Shown one piece after another: positions 28,991-37,645 of a stretch of 64,000 nt of DNA; position 1 is the first letter of the stretch; the number at the start of each line of letters is the position of its first letter. Below the pieces are notes generated by a model. The model was not told the DNA's origin. It did no database searches and saw only the letters and a program-made list of their open reading frames with translations. Both the position numbers and the translations under genes were made by a program. Origin of the DNA: Candidatus Parcubacteria bacterium (GTDB taxonomy: Bacteria > Patescibacteriota > Minisyncoccia > Phycocordibacterales > JAACPR01); assembly GCA_009995365.1 (NCBI GenBank), contig JAACPR010000002.1, positions 14,428-78,427 on the forward strand, written 5' to 3'.

Positions 28991-30199
28991 ATGTTTACGA
29001 AAAATAAAATAGATACTGATCCAGAGAAAATTAATAAAATCCTTACCAGAAACATAGAGGATATTTTTGTTTTAGAATCATTCAAAAAAAAGCTGGAATC
29101 AGGGAAACAACTTAGAATTAAATTAGGTTTTGACCCAACAGGGAGTAATATCCATATTGGTAGAGCAACTGTTTTAAGAAAACTCCGTGAATTTCAAGAT
29201 TTAGGGCATAAAATAGTTTTTATCGTTGGAGATTTCACAGCGCGTGTTGGAGATCCTTCAGATAAACTTGAAAAACGACCAATGCTTGATTCAAAGAAAA
29301 TCAAAGAAAATCTGCGTGACTATAAAAGACAAGTTGGAAAAATTATAGATTTATCTAAAACTGAATTTGTTTATAATAGTAAATGGCTTTCTAAATTGGA
29401 TTTTAATGAAATTGCAGAGCTTGCCGAATCTTTTACTGTTAGTCAGATGATTTCCCGTCGTAATTTTAAAGATCGTCTAGATAAAGGGCAAGAAGTTTCA
29501 TTGAGGGAGTTTCTTTACCCATTGATGCAGGGTTATGATTCTGTAATGGTTAATGCTGATATTGAAATTGGGGGCTTTGATCAACTCTTTAATCTAAAAG
29601 CGGGTAGAACTATTCAAAAATATTACAAAAAACCAGAACAAGATGTTTTGACTACTGTTATGTTAGAGGGGACTGATGGAAGAAAAATGTCTACTAGTTG
29701 GGGGAATGTTATTAATATTGTCGATGAGCCAAATGAGATGTTTGGAAAAGTTATGTCTTTGAATGATGAATTAATTGGAAAATATTTTAAAGTTTGCACG
29801 GACGTTGATGAGGGTGAAATAAAAGATATTGAATCAAAGATAAATTCAGGTGAACTAAACCCTCGTGATGCTAAAGTTAGATTGGCTAAAGAGCTTATTA
29901 AAATTTATCATTCAGAAGAAGATGCTAATAAGGCAGAAGAAAATTTTGAGAAAACTTTTAAAGAGGGTGGTGCTCCTGAAGATGTTTTGGAAGTTAAAGT
30001 TAATTCAGGATATAGATTAGATGAAACACTGATTGAAAACAAAATTATTTCATCTAAAAACGAATGGCGTCGATTAATAGAACAAAAAGGAATAACAGTT
30101 GTCGAGTCAGGAGAAAAAGTTACAGATTTAAATTATCTAATTAAAGAAACACAAACATTTAGAGTTGGGAAGAAGAGGTTTATAAAAAGTGTTGTCTAA
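28991..30199 (+). CDS. tyrS: tyrosyl-tRNA synthetase with a C-terminal S4 domain
   Basis: DPTGSNIHIGRATV (HIGH-type motif), GDFTARVGDPSDK, YPLMQGYDS, GGFDQLFNL and KMSTS (KMSKS-type), plus a C-terminal S4-like domain. Confidence 0.85.
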   Translation: MFTKNKIDTDPEKINKILTRNIEDIFVLESFKKKLESGKQLRIKLGFDPTGSNIHIGRATVLRKLREFQDLGHKIVFIVGDFTARVGDPSDKLEKRPMLDSKKIKENLRDYKRQVGKIIDLSKTEFVYNSKWLSKLDFNEIAELAESFTVSQMISRRNFKDRLDKGQEVSLREFLYPLMQGYDSVMVNADIEIGGFDQLFNLKAGRTIQKYYKKPEQDVLTTVMLEGTDGRKMSTSWGNVINIVDEPNEMFGKVMSLNDELIGKYFKVCTDVDEGEIKDIESKINSGELNPRDAKVRLAKELIKIYHSEEDANKAEENFEKTFKEGGAPEDVLEVKVNSGYRLDETLIENKIISSKNEWRRLIEQKGITVVESGEKVTDLNYLIKETQTFRVGKKRFIKSVV

Positions 30200-30213
30200 A
30201 ACTTTAAAATAAA

Positions 30214-30241
30214 AAACTGCGATAATTATCGCAGTTTTTTA
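30214..30241. terminator. bidirectional rho-independent terminator
   Basis: AAAAAACTGCGATAATTATCGCAGTTTTTT: a perfect 9-bp stem flanked by A-runs and T-runs, sitting between the 3' ends of tyrS (+) and a small minus-strand ORF. Confidence 0.7.
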
Positions 30242-30243
30242 TT

Positions 30244-30393
30244 AGAAGTCATCTACATCATCAAAGGAATCTTCTATAACCTCGTCGTCCTCTTCATCGT
30301 TTACTTCTATCTCACCGAATTCATCAATTTCATCTTCTTCTATTACATCTTCATCTAGAAGATCCTCTCCTAAAAAATTTTCTATTCCTTCCA
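30244..30393 (-). CDS. 49-aa highly acidic peptide (MEGIENFLGEDLLDEDVIEEDEIDEFGEIEVNDEEDDEVIEDSFDDVDDF)
   Basis: Hand-translated ORF, terminated directly at the bidirectional terminator. It is below the ORF-track size cutoff. Confidence 0.3.
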
Positions 30394-30613
30394 TAATTTT
30401 TATATTTTAATAATATACTTTTATCAGAAAAAAAATATCTCTACAACACCTAAAATAAATTTAACTGTGGATATTTTCTGATAAGATAACAGAACTTTTT
30501 TAAAAGGCAATAGTGGATAAGTTTTTTATAAAATAAATAATAAAATATGTAGTATCAAGTAAAAAAGTCTCAACCAAAAATGGTGAGACTTTTGAAATGT
30601 AGATTGCAAACAT

Positions 30614-30868
30614 TTAATATCGACAACGCGGTCTTGGTATAGGTGGTGGACAATAGTAAACCTGTCTTATTTTAACTATGCGGTATCTACCACAACGATC
30701 ATATACTCGTCGAGGTTGATAATAGACATGTCCATAACAACGATGAGCACAAGATCCACCACTACCAATTTCTATTTTGAAATTGATCTTACTACGACCA
30801 TAACCAGCATCAACCAAATTAAAGGTTGAAAAGAATATTGCAATCAAGACTATAATGAACTTTTTCAT
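30614..30868 (-). CDS. small secreted Cys/Arg/Tyr/Pro-rich protein
   Basis: Signal peptide MKKFIIVLIAIFFSTFNLVDA; mature 62 aa with 6 Cys and a PPPIPRPR motif. Confidence 0.4.
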   Translation of the reverse strand: MKKFIIVLIAIFFSTFNLVDAGYGRSKINFKIEIGSGGSCAHRCYGHVYYQPRRVYDRCGRYRIVKIRQVYYCPPPIPRPRCRY

Positions 30869-30999
30869 TTCTTAACCCTTTCCTGTTTTGAATCATAATC
30901 GTTGATATTGGAATTGATATATCAGCTAAAAAATTATGTTTCTAATCTATTTTTTATCCTAGTATATTATTAATTAGTTCGCAATGGTTTAATAAAAAA

Positions 31000-31028
31000 T
31001 TCCCACTAAATTGTTTGTTTTAGTGGAA
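31000..31028 (-). terminator. rho-independent terminator after ruvC
   Basis: On the minus strand, CCACTAAAACAAACAATTTAGTGG forms an 8-bp stem and is followed by GAATTTTTT. Confidence 0.55.
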
Positions 31029-31047
31029 ACCTTAGGAATCGAACCAA

Positions 31048-31536
31048 CTAACGATTAATCACTTTCTTGCTACTAATATGACAAATCCCCGCAGCGATAG
31101 CATCAAATTCATCGTCGATTTTAACTTCTTTCTCTAGTTTAATAAGAAGAGGAATCATTTTAATAATGGAATTTTTATCACTTCCACCATCTCCAGTAAC
31201 AGAAGTTTTAATTTGTTGTGGAGAATATTCAAAAACTTCACAACCAAAATTTTTACAAGTAGCAATTATCACACCACGAGCCTCAGCAACCATTAAAGCA
31301 GTCTTTACATTTTTATTGAAAAATAAAGTCTCAATAGATAAATCATCAGGTTTATATTCTTTCAAAACTTCTTCAATCCTTTTTTGAATTTGGGCAAGTC
31401 GGAGAGGGTGGGGGTCTGACGCTAATGTTTTAAAACATTCAGAAAATACCAGCTTTTCTTTTGTTGTGCCATCTTCTTTTTCTAATACAGCAATACCAAG
31501 TCTTTCATAACCCGGGTCTATAGCTAGAACTTTCAT
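31048..31536 (-). CDS. ruvC: Holliday junction resolvase RuvC
   Basis: MKVLAIDPGYERLGIAVLE, with downstream catalytic acidic residues. Confidence 0.85.
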   Translation of the reverse strand: MKVLAIDPGYERLGIAVLEKEDGTTKEKLVFSECFKTLASDPHPLRLAQIQKRIEEVLKEYKPDDLSIETLFFNKNVKTALMVAEARGVIIATCKNFGCEVFEYSPQQIKTSVTGDGGSDKNSIIKMIPLLIKLEKEVKIDDEFDAIAAGICHISSKKVINR

Positions 31537-31538
31537 AT

Positions 31539-32069
31539 TTATTCCGCATTAGTGTAAACCCCTTGAACATCCTCCAACTCTTCAATCGCATCAATTAATT
31601 TTCCAAGTTTCTCTCCGTCATCTTCTGAGATGGGAGCTGTAGAATTAGGTTTCCATTCTGCACCTTCTTTTGTAAAAGCCCAGCTAGCGGCACCTGGCGC
31701 AGCCAATTCGTAACCCAATTTTGAAAGGGTGTGGCGAACTTCGGCAGCAGTCCTGTTTTTATTATCAGTAAGTCCTTCGATGATAATAGCGACTCCACCT
31801 GGACCATAAGTTTCATATACTACCGCTTCCATTGCTGCGGTATCAGAATCAGTTCCTTTTTTAACAGCGCGATCAATAGTGTCTTTCGGCATGTTTTCTT
31901 TTTTGGCAGCCTCGATTGCAGTTGCAAGCGCAGGGGAATTAACATCACCATTAGCCATTTTTGATTCAGCAGTGATTAATTTAGAAAGACGAGAAAAAAT
32001 CTTACTTTTTCTAGCATCTTCCGCACCTTTTTTGTGTTTAATTTTTGACCATTTATTATGTCCTGACAT
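31539..32069 (-). CDS. yebC: YebC/PmpR-family protein (short, 176 aa)
   Basis: MSGHNKWSKIKHKKGAEDARKSKIF…NMPKDTIDRAVKKG… and a C-terminal EDVQGVYTNAE. Confidence 0.75.
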   Translation of the reverse strand: MSGHNKWSKIKHKKGAEDARKSKIFSRLSKLITAESKMANGDVNSPALATAIEAAKKENMPKDTIDRAVKKGTDSDTAAMEAVVYETYGPGGVAIIIEGLTDNKNRTAAEVRHTLSKLGYELAAPGAASWAFTKEGAEWKPNSTAPISEDDGEKLGKLIDAIEELEDVQGVYTNAE

Positions 32070-32079
32070 AAGCGTTATT

Positions 32080-33111
32080 TTAACTAATTAATTTATTTTG
32101 TAAATTGGATGGTGGTTCCATTCCAATATGTAGGTAGGCGGCTTCTGTAGCAACGCGACCACGCGATGTTCTTTCTATAAAACCTAATTGAATTAAATAA
32201 GGCTCGTTAAATTCCTCCACAGTCGAAGGTTCCTCTGAAATAGACATCGCAAGAGTGTGAAGTCCGACAGGACCACCATTAAATTTATTAATCAAAGTAT
32301 TCAAAACAGTTTTGTCTGATTTGGAAAGTCCGACTTCATCGATATCCAACATCTCTAATGTTTTATCGACACTATCTTTGTTAAGTTCTACTTTGTGAAC
32401 CTGACAATAATCACGACATCTTTTTAACAGGTAGTTTGCAGTTCTGGGTGTCTGTCGACTTCTTTTGGCAATTTCTCTGATTGCTTCTGGATCATTATTA
32501 ACTTCTAAAATTTTAGATGATCGATCAACTATTTTTCCAATCTCTTCTTCTGTATAAAATTCTAAGCGATGAATTCCTCCTGAGAAACGAGAGCGAAGAG
32601 GAGAAGAAAGCATTGAAATTCTGGTTGTGGCAGCAATTAAAGTAAAAGAAGGAAGCTCTAGCTGAACAGTTCTAGCAGAAGGACCTTTTCCAATAACAAT
32701 ATCTAGAACACCTGACTCCATGGCAGGGTAGAGAACCTCCTCGATAGATTTATTAAGGCGGTGAATTTCGTCTATAAATAAAATATCACCAGAATTCAAG
32801 TTTGTAAGAATAGAAGCAAGGTCACCAACTTTTTCGATAGATGGACCAGAAGTAATTTTGATTTGCGAACTTGTGTGTTTTGCAATCAAGTGAGCCAAAG
32901 TCGTCTTTCCTAAACCTGGTGGACCATAAAATAAAATATGTTCAGGTGATGAGCCTCTTTGTCTAGCAGCTTCGAGTAAAATATGTAAATTTTTCTTTAT
33001 AGATTCTTGTCCGATGTATTCATCCCATGTCGAAGGACGAAGCTCTTGATCTAAAGACGAATCTGGTTTATACTCTTTTTCCTTGTTGTTTTGGGTGGTA
33101 TCACTTGACAT
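32080..33111 (-). CDS. ruvB: Holliday junction branch-migration ATPase RuvB
   Basis: Walker A GPPGLGKTTLAHLIA, Walker B DEIHRL, and a C-terminal winged helix. Confidence 0.9.
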   Translation of the reverse strand: MSSDTTQNNKEKEYKPDSSLDQELRPSTWDEYIGQESIKKNLHILLEAARQRGSSPEHILFYGPPGLGKTTLAHLIAKHTSSQIKITSGPSIEKVGDLASILTNLNSGDILFIDEIHRLNKSIEEVLYPAMESGVLDIVIGKGPSARTVQLELPSFTLIAATTRISMLSSPLRSRFSGGIHRLEFYTEEEIGKIVDRSSKILEVNNDPEAIREIAKRSRQTPRTANYLLKRCRDYCQVHKVELNKDSVDKTLEMLDIDEVGLSKSDKTVLNTLINKFNGGPVGLHTLAMSISEEPSTVEEFNEPYLIQLGFIERTSRGRVATEAAYLHIGMEPPSNLQNKLIS

Positions 33112-33192
33112 AAAATTTAATTGTGTTAGTATACTATACGACTTAGCACAAAGTGTATCTTTTAAAACAGTTTAATATTTTTTTCGAAACCA

Positions 33193-33331
33193 TAAATCTC
33201 TAAGCAAATTTGGTTTATCCTATCTGGTACTTTATCAAGGACGCATTTGGTAAGCAGCGCGTGTTGTTTTACTGAGGCTATCCTCAGGTATTTGCCTACC
33301 TTTTTATCTCGGTATTTAAAGGTTTTGCTTA
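33193..33331. repeat. 139-bp element bounded by a perfect 15-16-bp inverted repeat with internal hairpins
   Basis: ATAAATCTCTAAGCAAA (33193-33209) pairs with TTGCTTAGAGATTTAT (33316-33331). Internal hairpins include CTGAGGCTATCCTCAG and GGTATTTGCCTACC. Confidence 0.45.
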
Positions 33332-33441
33332 GAGATTTATAGTTTTGAAATATAAATCTCTACAATTTTTTAAAGTTCTCTACTACTCATACTAGTCATA
33401 TTTTATTTTAATACAACTAGTCAAAAAGTAAAAAATGTTTT

Positions 33442-35172
33442 CTACTGATTACCCGTCTCATTTTGAGATGGGTTTTCTTCTTCATCAATTTGCTCAAGTT
33501 CCAAATCAAGGTCTATAACTCTAACAACTTCTTCTAAAGTAGTTATTCCTTTTATGATTTTAACAACGCCATCTTGAGCCATAGTCATAATTCCTTGAGA
33601 TTTCGCCACTTTAGCAATTTCTCTTTCGCTAGGATTATTTTGAACAACATTCTCTATTTCTTTGCTGGTCATAATTGCTTCAAATACACCAATTCTTCCT
33701 CGGTATCCTGTTCCGTTACATTTTTCGCAACCTTCGGCTTTGTAAATTTTTCCTGTAAATTCTGGCTTATCAGGATCTGTAATATTTGAATAAATTTTCT
33801 TGATAGTTTCTAGTTCTTTACCTTCTACTTCTACTTCCTTTTTACAATGCTGGCAGACTCTTCTGACAAGTCTCTGGGCAATAGCCGCTGATAGGGCAGA
33901 TGTAATAATCTTTGGATTAATACCAAGGTCAATTAATCTGGTAAAAGCACCGGCGGCATTATTTGTGTGAAGTGTAGAGAAAACAATGTGACCAGTTAAA
34001 GCAGCGTGAATAGCAGTCTCTGCTGTTTCTTTGTCTCGAATTTCACCAACCATAATAATATCGGGGTCTTGTCTTAGGGAACTACGAAGCCCCGAAGCGA
34101 AATCGTACCCTTTCTTTTTGTCTACCTGGGTTTGAACAATTCCGTTTAGGTGGTATTCAATAGGGTCTTCAATTGTAATAATTTTAATACTTGGGCTTTT
34201 TCTTTTATTTAAGAAAGCATACAAGGCCGTAGTTTTACCAGAACCAGTAGGACCAGTGTTTAAAATCATCCCTGTAGGTTTTGCTATTTCTTCAAGTAAA
34301 ATTTTCAGAAGTTTTTCTGGAACACCAAGTTCTGTGATAGGGACAGAAATTGAATCCGGATCCAAAAGACGCATTACAATAGATTCACCATTGTTTCCAG
34401 GCAGGATAGAGGTTCTGATTTCAATTTCTTTTTCGCCAATCTTTACACTAAAGCGACCATCTTGTGCAGAATTTTTAATATTCAGTTTTAATTTTGAAAG
34501 AAGCTTTACACGAGAAAGTAAAAGATTATATGTTTCATAATCAAAACCTATAACATCAGACAAAACACCATCTAGACGAAATCTCAATCGCACTGATTCA
34601 TCTTCTGGTTCAACGTGGATATCTGATGCGTCAGCAGAAATACCGGCAGCTACAATAATTTCAACAATACGCGATATTCTGAAAGCTTTTTTCATTTGCA
34701 TCACATCTTCGATCGTTTTCTTCACTTCCTCTAAAGAATGAAGGCTACCGATCATTTTCTCTATTTCATCACTAGCTACATCCAAAGTTCCTGATTTTGA
34801 TTGTGTAGCAAAAGAAATATCCTCGTATCTACTCCATGCTCTTTCGAGGCTGGCGGTCGAAACGATGAATGGCTCTACAATATATCCACGATTTTGAAGT
34901 TCTTTCATGTGGTTATGAGCTTTTTGATTGTTGGGGGTTTGAATGGCGACGGCGATTTTCTTGTTTAGCAAGTTGAAACCGGCCATTTTTGCTTCGCGCG
35001 CTTCATCCTCTGGAATTAGGCGAAGAGCGTCTGTGTCTATTGAGACATTTGATAAGTCGGCATACTGGATACCATATTTACCAGAGAGCATTTGTGCTAA
35101 ATCTTCCTCTTCTTTCGCGTGAAGTTCTTCAAGTCTTTGATTTTGTTTTTCATCATCAAATTTGATTGGCAT
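33442..35172 (-). CDS. pilB: type II secretion / type IV pilus assembly ATPase (GspE/PilB family)
   Basis: Walker A LNTGPTGSGKTTAL, Asp/His boxes, a tetracysteine motif CQHCK…CEKCNGTGY, and an N-terminal GSPII_E domain. Confidence 0.85.
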   Translation of the reverse strand: MPIKFDDEKQNQRLEELHAKEEEDLAQMLSGKYGIQYADLSNVSIDTDALRLIPEDEAREAKMAGFNLLNKKIAVAIQTPNNQKAHNHMKELQNRGYIVEPFIVSTASLERAWSRYEDISFATQSKSGTLDVASDEIEKMIGSLHSLEEVKKTIEDVMQMKKAFRISRIVEIIVAAGISADASDIHVEPEDESVRLRFRLDGVLSDVIGFDYETYNLLLSRVKLLSKLKLNIKNSAQDGRFSVKIGEKEIEIRTSILPGNNGESIVMRLLDPDSISVPITELGVPEKLLKILLEEIAKPTGMILNTGPTGSGKTTALYAFLNKRKSPSIKIITIEDPIEYHLNGIVQTQVDKKKGYDFASGLRSSLRQDPDIIMVGEIRDKETAETAIHAALTGHIVFSTLHTNNAAGAFTRLIDLGINPKIITSALSAAIAQRLVRRVCQHCKKEVEVEGKELETIKKIYSNITDPDKPEFTGKIYKAEGCEKCNGTGYRGRIGVFEAIMTSKEIENVVQNNPSEREIAKVAKSQGIMTMAQDGVVKIIKGITTLEEVVRVIDLDLELEQIDEEENPSQNETGNQ

Positions 35173-35312
35173 TTGTATAGTATTATAACAGAAAGGGAAG
35201 AACTACATACGGGTTGACAAAAGTGATTTTTGGTGTTAGTTTTATCAATGGAACTACGGCACTTCTGCTGTGTTCATTCTCAAATCAAAATTCAAATCTG
35301 AAAGGATTTATT

Positions 35313-35945
35313 ATGAAAAATACAATGTCAGTTATTCTGCCGCTTTTTGTGGCAATCTTCATTTGTGGTCTTTTGTCCACTTCCGACTCTTCGCCGTTTG
35401 GCAATAAGACACATGAAAATGTTTCTAATCCGAGTGGCGCTGAGAAATTGGTTTTATTCCACGCCGACGGCGGGAATGAGATCGATTCAGCAACTTTGGT
35501 TGTCGAAGACTCTTCGGGTGAGCAACGAGAAATCATTGCCTCAAACGGTCAGCCATTTTTGACCGGACCCGAATATCATCATCGCCCTCAATATATTTTA
35601 GAGGAAGGTGAATGGCTAAAGGTCACTGAGGTCAAAGAATACGGCCGTTCGCTCTGTGACGAAATTTCAGCCTGTGATGAACAGGTTGCGGTTGCTGAAC
35701 CAGAGCCCGAACCAAAACCCCAGCCAACAGTTATCGAGGCAGAGCCCTGTGTTGATGAGGTTGTGGAATACAAGAAGTGTTCCAAAACTACAAAGATTAT
35801 CAGCGGCGGGTCGGACCAAATTCTGGTCTATGCATCGGTTTCACCGATGCATCCCACCTCTGTTATGGGTGGAAACCCAGATCAGGAGTTCGATGAGGCA
35901 GAATATACCCTCCATTCGCCGACAAGTGTTGCGAATGGAGATTAG
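35313..35945 (+). CDS. secreted hypothetical protein (first gene of the GC-rich island)
   Basis: ATG at 35313 preceded by AAAGGA, and signal peptide MKNTMSVILPLFVAIFICGLL. The ORF-track start at 35214 is a TTG that coincides with a TTGACA promoter-like hexamer. Confidence 0.5.
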   Translation: MKNTMSVILPLFVAIFICGLLSTSDSSPFGNKTHENVSNPSGAEKLVLFHADGGNEIDSATLVVEDSSGEQREIIASNGQPFLTGPEYHHRPQYILEEGEWLKVTEVKEYGRSLCDEISACDEQVAVAEPEPEPKPQPTVIEAEPCVDEVVEYKKCSKTTKIISGGSDQILVYASVSPMHPTSVMGGNPDQEFDEAEYTLHSPTSVANGD

Positions 35946-36123
35946 TCTTAAAACAGGCTGAATTTTGGTTCATTTTACAGCAACCCCACACTTTTAGTGC
36001 TTAGGGGTTGCTTTTTTTTTACATTATGTTATAATACTACCAGATGAGAAGAGGTTAAGTAGCTAGCTTTATGTTAGCGATCTCTTTAAAAACTTACTGA
36101 AATCCAGAAAAGAAAGACAAATC

Positions 36124-36576
36124 ATGAAAAAGATCATTATCATATTATTCATGGTGGCTTCGGCTATCATTTTCTCAGGTTGTGCATCGTCTCAACACCC
36201 ATACGGTGGCTCTAATGCAGTCGATAAGGCTGTTGTTGGTGCCGTCTTGGGTGGTATAACCGGCGCGGTTGTTGGTCACCAATCAGGTGAGCGAGACGCA
36301 GGCGCCGCCGTTGGCGCCGCAGTTGGTGCTGTCGGTGGCTATGCCTGGGGTAACGAGCAGGACAAGCGTCTCGCTCGTCAGCAAGGCGGTGGGCAGCAGG
36401 TAATTTACCAGCAGTCCCAGCAGCCGCAGGTGATTTATCGCCAGCCTCCGCCAGCTCCGCGTCCTGTGATTCGTCGTGACTCCAGTTGGGGTCACGACCC
36501 TCGTGGAGGGTATGTCCTCCAAAGGAGAGTTGTTGTGAGGCAACATATGCCTCCGCCACCCCCTCGATGCTGGTAA
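36124..36576 (+). CDS. glycine-zipper lipoprotein (Gram-negative-type outer-membrane lipoprotein-like)
   Basis: Lipobox IFSGC, glycine zipper VVGAVLGGITGAVVGHQSG…AAVGAAVGAVGGYAWG, and a Pro/Gln/Arg-rich tail. Local GC is well above the window average. Confidence 0.6.
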   Translation: MKKIIIILFMVASAIIFSGCASSQHPYGGSNAVDKAVVGAVLGGITGAVVGHQSGERDAGAAVGAAVGAVGGYAWGNEQDKRLARQQGGGQQVIYQQSQQPQVIYRQPPPAPRPVIRRDSSWGHDPRGGYVLQRRVVVRQHMPPPPPRCW

Positions 36577-36738
36577 GCGTCACCTGAGAAATTTCAAGTC
36601 CTACCCAATATAAAGGGTAGGGCTTTTTTACTTGACAAAACTGTAAAACATGATACTATTTAAATCAGAAATAAACGAGTCGCACCTTTACATAAGTTGT
36701 GATTTTCAACTATAACCATCAAACAGAGAGGAGGCCTC

Positions 36739-36972
36739 ATGGCCAGCAAGATAATCAAGACAAAAACAGAAACAGAAACATCAACCTCGGAAACGGAATT
36801 GAAAGAGTGTCCAATTTGCCACTCCGAATTCCACCCTCGAGGTTTTGCGAGTCATCTTAAGGCTTGTAAAACCAAAACAAATTCGAATTCTTCTACAAAT
36901 AAGAGTTCGAAGGCAACTCCTGTTTCTACACAAAAAAACAAAATCAGAAACCCTCAGCAAATTCAGTTATGA
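36739..36972 (+). CDS. small zinc-finger/zinc-ribbon protein
   Basis: A strong SD (GAGAGGAGG) 7 nt upstream; CPICHSEFHPRGFASHLKAC (C-x2-C…H-x3-C); Ser/Thr/Lys-rich tails. Confidence 0.45.
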   Translation: MASKIIKTKTETETSTSETELKECPICHSEFHPRGFASHLKACKTKTNSNSSTNKSSKATPVSTQKNKIRNPQQIQL

Positions 36973-37541
36973 AAAAGAAAAACAGAAATATCCTGATCGC
37001 AGCAGCTGCTGTTCTCGCCCTGTTCATTGTTGGGGCTATTGTCCTTAACAATTTCCGCGGCGCCGATGATTCGGTCCAGGTGACAAAGTCGGAAGTTTCT
37101 GAAACCGAGGCGAAAGCTGAGGTTTCTGAACCAAAAAATGACAAGCACGGTCGCGTCAGTAATGGTTCACTCAATCCGCGTTATGCCGCTGGTGAACGTC
37201 CAGACAGACCTTTAATTGTCGACTGGGAGACTAGTAGAATAACGCTTTCCAAGAAGGGTGAGCCGGTAGACGTTGTGATTTATTTTCCATTTGTTGTTTC
37301 TGAATTTGAAGTTCAGGAATGGCAAGAGGGAAAGATCGAGCCGAAGTCATACATTGGTGAGAATCCTCCGATGAACAACGTCATGGTGCATAAAGATGCG
37401 TCAGGTGTCCAAGGTGAGTGGATTAAATTCCAAGTGACCAAAGAGACACCTGACGGACTTACACCACGTCCGGGGTTGCCACGTTTCGGCGACGAAGAGT
37501 TCACATCCACTCATAAATGGGTCAAAATTCAGGAGCTCTAG
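36969..37541 (+). CDS. membrane-anchored hypothetical protein
   Basis: N-terminal TM helix ILIAAAAVLALFIVGAIVL; start overlaps the previous stop (ATGA). Confidence 0.5.
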   Translation: MKKKNRNILIAAAAVLALFIVGAIVLNNFRGADDSVQVTKSEVSETEAKAEVSEPKNDKHGRVSNGSLNPRYAAGERPDRPLIVDWETSRITLSKKGEPVDVVIYFPFVVSEFEVQEWQEGKIEPKSYIGENPPMNNVMVHKDASGVQGEWIKFQVTKETPDGLTPRPGLPRFGDEEFTSTHKWVKIQEL

Positions 37542-37576
37542 GGCTCCGCCCGACCAAAAGTCACAACTTACACAAG

Positions 37577-37610
37577 CCCCGCGCACAAACAGTGCGTCGG
37601 GGCTTTTTTT
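37577..37610 (+). terminator. rho-independent terminator at the end of the GC-rich island
   Basis: GCCCCGCGCACAAACAGTGCGTCGGGGC followed by TTTTTTT. Confidence 0.65.
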
Positions 37611-37645
37611 ATTGATTGAATCTTTAAGTTATCGCTTTAGGTGAA

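Noticed and set aside
31033-31043. GGAATCGAACC (reverse complement GGTTCGATTCC), a tRNA T-arm-like motif next to the ruvC stop
   Set aside because: No cloverleaf can be built around it. The adjacent 8-bp palindrome plus T-run is better explained as the ruvC terminator.
33130-33440. Possible SRP (4.5S) RNA, because of GGTAAGCAGCG
   Set aside because: Only a 7-nt similarity to the helix-8 AGCAGC motif. No GNRA tetraloop or symmetric loop context. Reported only as an inverted-repeat element.
35214-35312. N-terminal extension of the first island ORF starting at TTG 35214
   Set aside because: The TTG is part of a TTGACA -35-like hexamer. The ATG at 35313 has an RBS and starts a canonical signal peptide.
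36212-36583. 123-aa minus-strand ORF in the GC-rich island
   Set aside because: It overlaps the plus-strand lipoprotein, which has a clear lipobox and Gly zipper. Open antisense frames are expected in GC-rich DNA.
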